A stretch of DNA of 64,000 nucleotides from the NCBI GenBank assembly GCA_964577585.1, contig CAZNZS010000003.1, positions 677-64,676 on the forward strand. Direction: 5' to 3'. Of this stretch, positions 1-8,646 are shown in pieces; positions within the stretch are counted from its first letter, which is position 1; each line of letters opens with the position of its first letter. The position numbers and the translations under genes are program-made. The notes beneath the pieces are model-generated. The model did not search any database and was not told the origin of the DNA. It worked only from the letters and a program-made list of their open reading frames with translations. This stretch comes from an uncultured Acutalibacter sp. GTDB taxonomy: Bacteria; Bacillota; Clostridia; Oscillospirales; Acutalibacteraceae.

Positions 1-669
1 GGCATTCGGATTGACAGCGGCGACATTACCTACCTTTCCAGAAAAGCCAGGAAAATGCTGGACGACGCCGGTTTTGAAGACTGCCAGATCTGTGCCTCAA
101 ATTCTCTGGACGAATATATTATTCGCGATATGCTGGCTCAGGGAGCAAAGGTGGATTCCTTCGGCGTGGGTGAAAGAATGATTACTTCTTCTTCCGAGCC
201 CGTGTTCGGCGGAGTATATAAGCTGTCTGCAGTAGAAAAGCCGGATGGCACCGTGATCCCCAAAATAAAGATAAGTGAAAATGTCACCAAGATAACAACT
301 CCCTGTTTTAAAAATGTCTGGCGTTTGTTTGACCGTGAGACAGACAAGGCGATTGCCGACGTAATCACCATGCACGATGAAAAGATAGATGATGAAAAGC
401 CTTATGTGATTTTTGATCCTGACCACACTTGGAAACGGAAAACCGTTGAAAACTTCCACGCTGTTCCTCTGATGACACAGATCTTCAAGGGCGGCGAGTG
501 TGTTTATGTCCCGCGGGCGCTGAAGGCTATCAAGGCCTATTGCTTTTCACAGGTCGATACCCTGTGGGAAGAAGTGACACGATTTGAGAATCCCCATAAT
601 TATTATGTGGATCTCTCCCAGCGGCTCTGGGAAGAAAAGAACAGGATGCTTTCCGAAAGGGCATACTGA
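1..669 (+). CDS. pncB: Nicotinate phosphoribosyltransferase, C-terminal part (5' truncated by window)
   Basis: Frame is open from base 1 and reads GIRIDSGD...SNSLDE...VDSFGVG...GGVYKL, which are NAPRTase motifs. Confidence 0.9.
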   Translation, partial: GIRIDSGDITYLSRKARKMLDDAGFEDCQICASNSLDEYIIRDMLAQGAKVDSFGVGERMITSSSEPVFGGVYKLSAVEKPDGTVIPKIKISENVTKITTPCFKNVWRLFDRETDKAIADVITMHDEKIDDEKPYVIFDPDHTWKRKTVENFHAVPLMTQIFKGGECVYVPRALKAIKAYCFSQVDTLWEEVTRFENPHNYYVDLSQRLWEEKNRMLSERAY

Positions 670-692
670 TTCTTTAACAAAACCGGCTGCCG

Positions 693-721
693 TTGACAAA
701 AGACGAAAAGTTTCGTAAAAT
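693..721 (+). promoter_or_regulatory. sigmaA promoter of rnpB
   Basis: TTGACA-17 nt-TAAAAT just upstream of the RNase P RNA 5' end. Confidence 0.8.
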
Positions 722-726
722 GAACC

Positions 727-1086
727 TGTGTGAGCAAGCCGGACGGTTGCGGGTACACGGCGAAAGCCGGTATCTGAGGAAAGTCCGAGCTCCTCAGGGC
801 AGGAATAACGGCTAACCGCCGCCGGGGGCGACCCCAGGGAAAGTGCAACAGAGATATACCGCCGGATCTTCCGGTAAGGGTGGAAAGGCGAGGTAAGAGC
901 TCACCGGCGTGCAGGAGACTGCATGGCCCTGTAAACCCTATTCGGAGCAACACCGTGGAGGAACAAAGGCTTTGCCTTAAGCGTAGCCCTGCGCGTTCCG
1001 GGGAGGTGGCGTGAGCCTGTCGGCAACGGCAGGCCAAGATAGATGACCGTTCAAGACAGAACTCGGCTTACAGACTTGGTCACACA
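727..1086 (+). ncRNA. rnpB: RNase P RNA, bacterial class A
   Basis: Conserved segments GAGGAAAGTCC, AGTGCAACAGA, GGTAAGGGTGGAAAGG and AGAACTCGGCTTA; 5' and 3' ends are complementary (tgtgtga / tcacaca). Confidence 0.96.
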
Positions 1087-1119
1087 AAAACCGAAGCATC
1101 ATAAAGGTGCTTCGGTTTT
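1087..1119 (+). terminator. Intrinsic terminator after rnpB
   Basis: aaaaccgaagcatc-loop-ggtgcttcggtttt hairpin. Confidence 0.8.
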
Positions 1120-1218
1120 CACGCTTTTTGGGAAAATTCCGATATTTAATAGCCGGGTTTTGTGTAAAGCAAACTAAAAAGCGTAGATAAATCTGTTGCA
1201 TATTTTTAAAAAAATCTT

Positions 1219-1247
1219 TTGCAATCAATATACCGATGGAGTATAAT
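1219..1247 (+). promoter_or_regulatory. sigmaA promoter of the oxidoreductase/isomerase pair
   Basis: TTGCAA-17 nt-TATAAT. Confidence 0.7.
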
Positions 1248-1297
1248 CAAGCTGAATACAGACGCCTTTCGGCGCTGATTAAAGGAGAGGATTTGTT

Positions 1298-2353
1298 ATG
1301 AAGGTTGCAGTCATTGGCTGCGGCACTATTGCGAACGCAGCACACATTCCGTCTTACATGAATAATCCCGAAGCAGAAATCAAGTATTTCTGCGACATCA
1401 TCCCTGAAAGGGCTGAGCAGGCCGTAAAAAAGTATGGCTGCGGCACAGCTGTGGTGGACTATCACGACGTGCTGAAGGATCCTGAGATCGAGGCTGTTTC
1501 CGTGTGTACACCCAATAATGTTCACTCGCTGATTGCCATCGATGCTTTGCGTGCCGGGAAAAATGTGCTTTGTGAAAAGCCTGCCGCCAGAGTTTATTCA
1601 GAGGCTCTGGAAATGCAGAAGGCCCAGCACGAATCCGGAAAAGTGCTGAACATCGGCGTTGTAAACCGCTTTAACGATAGCGTAAACCGCATTAAGCAGT
1701 ATATTGACGAAGGCAGGCTCGGCAACATCCATCATGTTTATGTCAGCTTCCGTGCTCATCGTTCCATTCCCGGTCTCGGCGGCGCCTTTACCACAAAGGC
1801 GATTGCCGGCGGCGGCGCTCTCATAGACTGGGGCGTTCATTATCTGGATATTGTCATGTATTGCTGCGGCGATCCCAAGGTAAAAACCGTTACCGGCGAA
1901 ACCTTCTGCAAGCTTGGCAAAGACATGAAGAATTACGTTTATACCGATATGTGGGCAGGCCCGCCGAAGTATGATGGCGTTTACGATGTGGACGATTCCG
2001 TTACCGCTTTGATCCGCACCGCAGGTCCTGTCATCACTTTGAACGGCGCTTGGGCCCAGAATATCGGAGAGTCTGAGCAGTATATTGATTTTATGGGCGA
2101 TAAGGCGGGCATCCGTCTTCATTATGGCCAGGGCTTTACCTTCTATACCACCGAAAATGGTGCGCTGGTGGAATATGAGCCCAAGTTCAAGATGCGCGAT
2201 CATTTCCAAAACGAGATCGACGCGTTCATCCGCTGCATCAAGACAGGGGAGAAGCTTCCTTCTCATATCGATACCGTTATCGTCACAGCGGAAATGATGC
2301 AGGCCATTTACGATTCCGCCGATAAGCATGCGGAAGTAGCTTTGGGCAACTGA
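1298..2353 (+). CDS. Gfo/Idh/MocA family oxidoreductase
   Basis: N-terminal GCGTIA Rossmann motif, CEKP motif, GGGALIDWGVH; RBS aaaggagagg. Confidence 0.92.
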   Translation: MKVAVIGCGTIANAAHIPSYMNNPEAEIKYFCDIIPERAEQAVKKYGCGTAVVDYHDVLKDPEIEAVSVCTPNNVHSLIAIDALRAGKNVLCEKPAARVYSEALEMQKAQHESGKVLNIGVVNRFNDSVNRIKQYIDEGRLGNIHHVYVSFRAHRSIPGLGGAFTTKAIAGGGALIDWGVHYLDIVMYCCGDPKVKTVTGETFCKLGKDMKNYVYTDMWAGPPKYDGVYDVDDSVTALIRTAGPVITLNGAWAQNIGESEQYIDFMGDKAGIRLHYGQGFTFYTTENGALVEYEPKFKMRDHFQNEIDAFIRCIKTGEKLPSHIDTVIVTAEMMQAIYDSADKHAEVALGN

Positions 2354-2382
2354 TAAAACCTGTTTTGTGAAGGAGAAAAACC

Positions 2383-3225
2383 ATGTATTCATTCCCAATT
2401 GGAGTTTTGCTGGAATCATTTCGGCTGGATACCCTGAAAGCACTGGATGAAGCAGCCAAGCTCGGCCTTTCCGGTGTACAGATCCGTGTTACAGATGGGG
2501 TCCTTGCTCCGGAAAATCTAACAGCTGAGAAGCGCCGTGAGCTTTTGAAGGAAGTTAAGAGCCGTGGCCTGACCGTTTCCGCTTTGTGCGGCGATCTTGG
2601 ACATGGATTTGGTGATCCTGACAAAAATCCTGAACTTATCGAGCGCAGCAAGCGCATTGTCGATCTGGCCAAAGATCTGGAAACCGACGTTGTCACCACT
2701 CATATCGGTGTTGTACCCGGCGACAAAGCCCATCCCCGCTATGCCATTATGCAGGATGCCTGCGGTGAGCTGGCCGCTTACGCTGACAAGATGCAGGCTC
2801 ATTTCGCTATTGAGACAGGACCTGAAACGGCAGAAACGCTGAAAGGATTTTTGGATGGCCTTCATTCAAAAGGAGTGTCCGTGAACCTTGATCCGGCAAA
2901 CTTTGTCATGGTCACCGGCGACGATCCCGTGCAGGCTGTTTACACGCTGAAGGATTATATCGTCCATACACATGCCAAGGACGGGCGGCGTCTGCGCTAT
3001 GTGGATCCCGAGATCATATACGGGCTGGTGGAGGAAGAGATGCTTGGCAGTTCCTCGTTTATCGAATTGCCTCTTGGCGAAGGCGATGTGGATTTCCCCA
3101 ACTACCTGAAGGCCCTTGACGATATCGGTTTCAAGGGTTTCCTGACCATTGAACGCGAGGTGGGGGATGATCCCGGAAAAGACATTGCCGCCGCCGCTAA
3201 ATTCTTGAATGATTTGATTCACTGA
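2383..3225 (+). CDS. Sugar phosphate isomerase/epimerase (xylose isomerase-like TIM barrel)
   Basis: Metal-binding motifs AIETG, NLDPAN, HTHAKD, LTIERE. Confidence 0.88.
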   Translation: MYSFPIGVLLESFRLDTLKALDEAAKLGLSGVQIRVTDGVLAPENLTAEKRRELLKEVKSRGLTVSALCGDLGHGFGDPDKNPELIERSKRIVDLAKDLETDVVTTHIGVVPGDKAHPRYAIMQDACGELAAYADKMQAHFAIETGPETAETLKGFLDGLHSKGVSVNLDPANFVMVTGDDPVQAVYTLKDYIVHTHAKDGRRLRYVDPEIIYGLVEEEMLGSSSFIELPLGEGDVDFPNYLKALDDIGFKGFLTIEREVGDDPGKDIAAAAKFLNDLIH

Positions 3226-3240
3226 TAAGCTTTTCCCGGT

Positions 3241-3277
3241 CGGTACAGCTAACAGCTGTACCGGCTTTTCCTTTTTT
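3241..3277 (+). terminator. Intrinsic terminator
   Basis: cggtacagct-aac-agctgtaccg hairpin followed by a T-rich tail. Confidence 0.75.
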
Positions 3278-3287
3278 GCAAAAACGG

Positions 3288-3316
3288 TTGTAAAACGGGG
3301 AATACTGTGGTAGAAT
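3288..3316 (+). promoter_or_regulatory. sigmaA promoter (extended -10) of the YitT gene
   Basis: TTGTAA-17 nt-(TGG)TAGAAT. Confidence 0.6.
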
Positions 3317-3370
3317 CTGTGAGGTTTTGAGAGCAAAAAATGTAGGAACGGAAAGCCAGAGGTACCGGAA

Positions 3371-4261
3371 ATGGAAAATAATCCGCAACAGAAAAAAATC
3401 TTTTCACGCAGCGATCTTCCCACTCTGAAAACATTTGGCATTGTAAATTTGGGAGTCTTCCTTTTATCATTGGGCGTTTATTTCTTCAAGTTTCCCAATC
3501 ATTTCTCTACCGGGGGAGTCAGCGGCATTTCTATTATCCTCTCAAATGTGATCCCCTTTTTATCTCCTGCCACAATGATGTCAATGATCAATATTTTGCT
3601 TTTGATCGTCGGATTCATTTTTATTGGCAGGGGCTTCGGGGTTTTGACCGCTTACTGCAGCCTGATGTTCTCTTTTGAGACCTGGCTCTTTGAAAAGATT
3701 TATCCAATGACAGCTCCCTTTACCGATCAACCCCTTTTGGAGCTTTGCTTTGCCATTATGCTTCCCGCAGTGGGGTCTGCTCTGATGTTTAACTGTAATG
3801 CTTCCAGTGGCGGAACAGACATTATCGCCATGATCCTGAAAAAGTATACCGGGGTTGACGATATCGGAAAAGCTCTTCTTGTCAGCGACAGCTTGATTGC
3901 TCTTTCTGCTTGTTTTATTTTTGGCATAAAGACCGGGCTCTTTTCTCTGCTTGGCCTTTTTCTGAAGGCTTTTGTGGTGGATTCCGTAATTGAAAGCATC
4001 AATCTCTGTAAGTTTTTTTCCATTGTCACCTCAAAGCCCGAAGAAGTATGCGATTATGTGATCCACACTTTGAATCGAAGTGCAACAGTGATCAACGCGG
4101 AGGGCGCTTATTCTCACAAAGAGCGCAGTGTCGTCCTTACGGCGTGCAGGCGCGGAGAAGCGGTGAAGCTCCGTCAAAAGCTGAAAATGATCGATTCTCA
4201 CGCGTTTATGTTTATCACAAACACCAGTGAGATCATTGGGAAGGGTTTCAGGTCTGTTTGA
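3371..4261 (+). CDS. YitT family membrane protein
   Basis: Multiple TM segments, STGGVSGISI and ASSGGTDIIA motifs, C-terminal DUF2179-like domain ending EIIGKGF. Confidence 0.88.
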   Translation: MENNPQQKKIFSRSDLPTLKTFGIVNLGVFLLSLGVYFFKFPNHFSTGGVSGISIILSNVIPFLSPATMMSMINILLLIVGFIFIGRGFGVLTAYCSLMFSFETWLFEKIYPMTAPFTDQPLLELCFAIMLPAVGSALMFNCNASSGGTDIIAMILKKYTGVDDIGKALLVSDSLIALSACFIFGIKTGLFSLLGLFLKAFVVDSVIESINLCKFFSIVTSKPEEVCDYVIHTLNRSATVINAEGAYSHKERSVVLTACRRGEAVKLRQKLKMIDSHAFMFITNTSEIIGKGFRSV

Positions 4262-4332
4262 GGCAATGGCTTTGATTGAACCGGGAGAAAAAGGCTGTTT
4301 TTTGCCTTTTGCCTTCCGGTTTTATATTTGGT

Positions 4333-4361
4333 TTGAAAAATGAGCGATTCAGTGGTATACT
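4333..4361 (+). promoter_or_regulatory. sigmaA promoter (extended -10) of the HD-domain gene
   Basis: TTGAAA-17 nt-(TGG)TATACT. Confidence 0.65.
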
Positions 4362-4431
4362 GAGAAACAAGCTCAAACTTAGAACCATCGCTGTGCTTTT
4401 CTGTAAGACAAATGGGTAAAGGGGAATCAAT

Positions 4432-5022
4432 ATGGCGGAAAACGCTTACCTGGAGGAATTTTGCAATATATATAAGGAGCATGTCACTCGGGAAAACGGA
4501 GATAAGCTTCTTGCCTGGCTCATGACTACTGACTTTTTCACGGCTCCTGCCAGCACAAAATTTCACTGTGCCTGCGAATTTGGGCTGGTGCGTCACAGCA
4601 TCAATGTCTATAATGTGCTGCGAGAAAAGTATTTTGACGAAGGTGACAGTGAAGAATCCTTCGCTCTCTGTGGCCTTTTGCACGATATTTGCAAGGCGCA
4701 GTTTTATAAAGTGGCGACCCGGAATGTGAAAAATGATGAAACCGGTGTCTGGGAAAAGAAACCCTACTACACTGTCGAGGATATGTTCCCCTATGGCCAT
4801 GGAGAAAAATCAGTTTATCTCATTGAACGCTTTGTAAGGCTGAAGCCCGCTGAGGCAATGGCAATTCGTTGGCATATGGGCGGCTTTGACGATTCTGTAA
4901 AGGGGGGGAGCTTCGCAATAAGCTCCGCCTTTGATAAATATCCCCTGGCTGTAAAGCTGCATTTGGCAGATCTTGAGGCCACCTACCTTGTGGAACAAGG
5001 TACCTCTGAAGCCCGGCGGTGA
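4432..5022 (+). CDS. HD domain phosphohydrolase
   Basis: FFTAPAST..H..GLVRHS, LLHDICK, GHGEKS, AIRWHMG motifs. Confidence 0.85.
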   Translation: MAENAYLEEFCNIYKEHVTRENGDKLLAWLMTTDFFTAPASTKFHCACEFGLVRHSINVYNVLREKYFDEGDSEESFALCGLLHDICKAQFYKVATRNVKNDETGVWEKKPYYTVEDMFPYGHGEKSVYLIERFVRLKPAEAMAIRWHMGGFDDSVKGGSFAISSAFDKYPLAVKLHLADLEATYLVEQGTSEARR

Positions 5023-5047
5023 TATTCATTTTCAAAGAGGTAGCAAC

Positions 5048-6052
5048 ATGGATGCAATCATTACAAACGGCCTTTCAAAACGGTACGGAAATCAAACTGC
5101 ATTGTCCGGCCTGAATCTTGTGGTCCCGGAAGGAAGCGCCTTTGCCTGTGTTGGACGGGAAAAATCCGGAAAAACGACATTGATCCGTCTGCTTTCCGGC
5201 CTTTGCCGGCCAAACGCAGGAGAATGCACTGTTTTTGGCTTTTCTCCTTTCTTTGAAGCAGACAGGCTTCATGCCGTTACCGGAACCGTTACGGATATGG
5301 CACAGCTTTATGAAACCATGACTGTATCGCAGAATCTGCAATTTTTTGCAGGAATAAACGGAATAGAGGAAAATGATGCTTTGGACAGGCTTTCTTTCCT
5401 GCTTCACCGGCTGGATATCTGGGAAAGCAGAGACGAAAGGGTGAGTGAGCTGCCTACCAGTGTAGTTCGAAGAGCCTCTCTGGCCCGAGCATTGATCCAC
5501 AGTCCCAAGGTGCTTTTGATCGACGAGCCGAATGAAGGGCTGGACAGAGAAACTGCCGAAAGCATGGGAGAACTGTTTTCCCTCCTGATCTCACAGGAAG
5601 GCATGACACTTCTTTTGACTACGCAAAACACATATTATGCTCAGCGGACCTGCAGCAGCTTTGCCCTGATGAAGGATGGAGCTTTGCTTGGCAGGGGTGA
5701 TATCGAATCTTTACGAAAGAAGGCGGGCGTTCGGTATCAGGCTGTTCTGCGCTTGGGCGAAGGAGAAACGCCGCCCGATGGGTTTAGGCCCACGGAGAAC
5801 GGTGAATGGAAAAAGGCCATTGATTCCGAAGAAGATCTTTCCAGGATTATTTCCGCAGCTGTGGCTGATGGAAAAAAGCTTTATGAAGCCAAACTCGGAA
5901 AGCCCATTTTGGAAGAAATCTATTCCGCCTATCTGAGCGGCGGGATAATGAGAGGAGGCGAAGTGGATGAGCAGAACATCGAAGCGGTCGGTGAGGCAGA
6001 CGAAGACAACTCGAACGGGGAGCTGGACGGAGGAATTGTTTTCGAGGAATGA
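5048..6052 (+). CDS. ABC transporter ATP-binding protein (degenerate motifs)
   Basis: Walker A GREKSGKTT and Walker B LLIDEP; ATG at 5048 chosen after aaagaggt RBS. Confidence 0.8.
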   Translation: MDAIITNGLSKRYGNQTALSGLNLVVPEGSAFACVGREKSGKTTLIRLLSGLCRPNAGECTVFGFSPFFEADRLHAVTGTVTDMAQLYETMTVSQNLQFFAGINGIEENDALDRLSFLLHRLDIWESRDERVSELPTSVVRRASLARALIHSPKVLLIDEPNEGLDRETAESMGELFSLLISQEGMTLLLTTQNTYYAQRTCSSFALMKDGALLGRGDIESLRKKAGVRYQAVLRLGEGETPPDGFRPTENGEWKKAIDSEEDLSRIISAAVADGKKLYEAKLGKPILEEIYSAYLSGGIMRGGEVDEQNIEAVGEADEDNSNGELDGGIVFEE

Positions 6053-6053
6053 T

Positions 6054-6902
6054 ATGCAAAAAGGAAAAGCTGCCGTAAAGGAAAAGAAGCAGCTTTTCTC
6101 TTCCGCTGAATCAATTTTGGTAAAAAAGGACCTTTCTGAAATTTGGAGAAGAAATTCCATGCGGGCGCTGATGATGGCGCTTCCGCTTGTTCTGGCTGTG
6201 ATTCTGCCGATCGTATGCTTTGCTGCGATCAGTCTTTTGCCGGAGCAGACTATTTCTTCAGTCCCGCAGCTTTTGCGCACAATGGTTGGCTGGAATTCCG
6301 ATTCTTCTGGCAGCAGACCGTTTTGGGCCACAGTCTTCACATCCCTGATTTGTCCCATACTTTATTTAATGGTGCCGGTTATATGTGCCGTTGCCTCCGC
6401 TTCCTGCGCTTTTGTTGATGAAAAGGAAAAAGGGACTTTGGAGACGCTGCGATTGTCTTCCATGAGTACCAAATCCATCTTCAATGCCAAGATCACTGTT
6501 TGTGTTCTTATTTCCGCCGCCATATCCCTGATCACCTTTGTGATCTTCACGGTCACGGTATTCATTGCTGATCTGCTGGTCGGGGCACCGTTCTTCTTTA
6601 ATCTGGAATGGCTTGCTACTGTGGTCTTTTTAATGCCGGTATTGTGTTTGTTTTCCGTGGTATTTGTCAGCATCATTCTCCCGAAGGTGCACAGTACGGC
6701 GGAATCGCTGCAGACAATGGGATATCTCATTTTACCCCTCTTGCTTTTGTATTTGATCCAGTTTTCCGGTGCCTTCCGCATCACGGCGGCTTTTCTCATT
6801 TTTCTGGCCGTTCTGCTGCTTATCCTGTCTATTGTGCTGTTTAATTTTTCATCCAGAAAATTTCTGTTTGAGGATCTTTCATCTGCAAGAAGGCGTTCTT
6901 GA
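6054..6902 (+). CDS. ABC-2 type permease
   Basis: About 6 TM segments, AFVDEKEKGTLETL motif; follows the ATPase by 1 nt. Confidence 0.8.
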   Translation: MQKGKAAVKEKKQLFSSAESILVKKDLSEIWRRNSMRALMMALPLVLAVILPIVCFAAISLLPEQTISSVPQLLRTMVGWNSDSSGSRPFWATVFTSLICPILYLMVPVICAVASASCAFVDEKEKGTLETLRLSSMSTKSIFNAKITVCVLISAAISLITFVIFTVTVFIADLLVGAPFFFNLEWLATVVFLMPVLCLFSVVFVSIILPKVHSTAESLQTMGYLILPLLLLYLIQFSGAFRITAAFLIFLAVLLLILSIVLFNFSSRKFLFEDLSSARRRS

Positions 6903-6961
6903 CATCACAGAGCCGATTTGATATATTGATACCATCAATTTTTTGAAAAAAGGAGATTCAC

Positions 6962-7216
6962 ATGGAAATTCATTATAAACCAAGCGGTGTATGCTCAAAG
7001 GCGATTGATATCGTGATAAACAATGACGTGATCGAATCCGTCAAATTTACCGGCGGCTGCAGCGGAAATACGCAAGGTGTGGCAGCTTTGGCCAAGGGCA
7101 TGAAGGTACAGGAGTACATTGAACGCTGTAAGGGGATCCGCTGCGGATTCAAGAACACCTCCTGCCCGGATCAGTTGGCTCTCGCGCTGGAAGAAGCACT
7201 GACCTCCGCAAGGTAA
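6962..7216 (+). CDS. TIGR03905-like stand-alone TSCPD domain protein (4 Cys)
   Basis: GVCS..., GGCSGN, GIRCG and TSCPDQL motifs; RBS aaggag; promoter TTGACA-17-TATATT at 6899-6927. Confidence 0.85.
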   Translation: MEIHYKPSGVCSKAIDIVINNDVIESVKFTGGCSGNTQGVAALAKGMKVQEYIERCKGIRCGFKNTSCPDQLALALEEALTSAR

Positions 7217-7241
7217 AAACACAGAAATATATGAGAGCATA

Positions 7242-7282
7242 GGGAAGAGGACGCTGGCCGAAATGGCCAGCGCCCTCTTTTC
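7242..7282. terminator. Bidirectional terminator between convergent genes
   Basis: gggaagaggacgctggcc-gaaat-ggccagcgccctcttttc hairpin. Confidence 0.75.
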
Positions 7283-7296
7283 ATTAGCTTTGCCGC

Positions 7297-7437
7297 TTAG
7301 CAGCAGCCGCCGCAATTGTTTCCACAGCCGCAATCGCCGCCGTTGTTGTAGCCGCCGAAGTTACCGCAGCCACAGCAGAGAAGGATAAGGATGATGATAA
7401 TGATCCAGGAACAACCACCGTTACCACAACCACACAT
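7297..7437 (-). CDS. 46-aa Cys/Gly-rich small protein with one hydrophobic stretch (probable spore protein)
   Basis: MCGCGNGGCSWIIIIILILLCCGCGNFGGYNNGGDCGCGNNCGGCC; strong RBS aaaggagg upstream of the ATG at 7437. Confidence 0.8.
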   Translation of the reverse strand: MCGCGNGGCSWIIIIILILLCCGCGNFGGYNNGGDCGCGNNCGGCC

Positions 7438-7467
7438 GGAAGAGCGCCTCCTTTCATTTACACTCCT

Positions 7468-7493
7468 ATCATATGGGATTGCCGGGAAAGTGT
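7468..7493 (-). promoter_or_regulatory. sigmaK-type promoter of the Cys-rich microprotein
   Basis: Minus strand AC-16 nt-CATATGAT matches the B. subtilis sigmaK consensus AC-N16-CATAnnnT. Confidence 0.5.
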
Positions 7494-7577
7494 TACAGAT
7501 CATTAAAATTTTTAAAAACGTGAGAAATCACGAGAAAATAAAAGATATTTTGAGATAATAAAAGGCAAATCTTCAAG

Positions 7578-7594
7578 TTTGACCTTAATTGACC
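7578..7594 (-). promoter_or_regulatory. CtsR box (reverse orientation)
   Basis: Minus strand GGTCAAT-TAA-GGTCAAA heptad repeat. Confidence 0.75.
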
Positions 7595-7625
7595 TTGATT
7601 TTCGGTTGAAAAAGGATAAAATTAA

Positions 7626-7642
7626 AGTCAAAGAAAGTCAAA
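7626..7642 (+). promoter_or_regulatory. CtsR box
   Basis: AGTCAAA-GAA-AGTCAAA matches the RGTCAAAnAnRGTCAAA consensus, directly upstream of ctsR. Confidence 0.9.
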
Positions 7643-7658
7643 GGCAAAGAGGGAATGT

Positions 7659-8114
7659 GTGATGAGAATAAGCGACAGTGTGGCAAGTTATATTTTGCAG
7701 CTTCTGGATGAAGCTAACGGAATCGCAGAGATCCAGCGCAACGAGCTTGCAGGCACCTTGGGCTGTGTTCCAAGTCAGATCAATTATGTTTTGACTTCAC
7801 GCTTTACTCCGGAACGAGGTTATCTTGTTGAAAGCAGGCGAGGCGGCGGAGGATATATTCGAATCACTCAGATGAAGGTTACCAAAGCCGATATGATTAT
7901 GCACAGCATCAACTCTGTCGGCGCGAGCCTCGATGCGGGAACAGCCAGAGCCTTGACAGAAAATTTGCTACAGAACAATGCTCTCAGCAAAGAAGCCGCG
8001 GAGCTTATCCAGATCGCGGTTTCCGAAAAGACCTTGCTGATGGTTCCAAAAGAAATGAGGGATTTCGTTCGGGCTTCTTTGTTTAAGAATATGTTATTGG
8101 CAGCAAAAGCATAA
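7659..8114 (+). CDS. ctsR: Heat-shock repressor CtsR
   Basis: CVPSQINYVL.SRF..ERGY.VESRRGGGGYIRI motif; operon context. Confidence 0.95.
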   Translation: MMRISDSVASYILQLLDEANGIAEIQRNELAGTLGCVPSQINYVLTSRFTPERGYLVESRRGGGGYIRITQMKVTKADMIMHSINSVGASLDAGTARALTENLLQNNALSKEAAELIQIAVSEKTLLMVPKEMRDFVRASLFKNMLLAAKA

Positions 8115-8133
8115 AGTGTTAGGAGGTAATTCC

Positions 8134-8646
8134 ATGATTTGCCAGGTATGCGGAAAGAAAACGGCTACAACACATGTAAAAACGATTGTAAACGGTAAGC
8201 TGACAGAGCTTCACCTCTGTTCAGAATGTGCGAGAGAAAAGGGCTACGAAAGCTTACTGAGCGGATGGGGCTTTGATTTCGGAAGTCTTTTAAGCGGCTT
8301 GATAGGAGGTTCGGGAAGAGAAGAGGCCATTCGCTGCGAAAAATGCGGAACGAGCTTTGAGGAGATCACAAAAACAGGGAAGCTGGGATGCGCGCATTGC
8401 TATGAGGCTTTCCGCCGGCAGTTGCTTCCCATGATACAAAAGATACACGGGACCACGCGTCATAAGGGAAAAAGACCCGGCAGCTCGGCGCTTTGCATTT
8501 CTACGCCAAATCATCAGATAGTAGAGGTAAAGGGATCTCCACTGGAAGAAAAGAAAAGATTGCTGAAAAAAGCGATCGAAGCTCAGGCGTTTGAGCAGGC
8601 CGCGCTGCTGAGAGACGAGATAAAGGAGATGGAAAATCATGAATGA
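8134..8646 (+). CDS. mcsA: McsA (zinc-finger/UVR domain activator)
   Basis: Four CxxC motifs, GC..CY..F, C-terminal UVR FEQAALLRDEIK; RBS aggagg. Confidence 0.93.
   Translation: MICQVCGKKTATTHVKTIVNGKLTELHLCSECAREKGYESLLSGWGFDFGSLLSGLIGGSGREEAIRCEKCGTSFEEITKTGKLGCAHCYEAFRRQLLPMIQKIHGTTRHKGKRPGSSALCISTPNHQIVEVKGSPLEEKKRLLKKAIEAQAFEQAALLRDEIKEMENHE

Noticed and set aside
603-1037. 144-aa minus-strand ORF over rnpB
   Set aside because: The region is explained by the RNase P RNA on the + strand.
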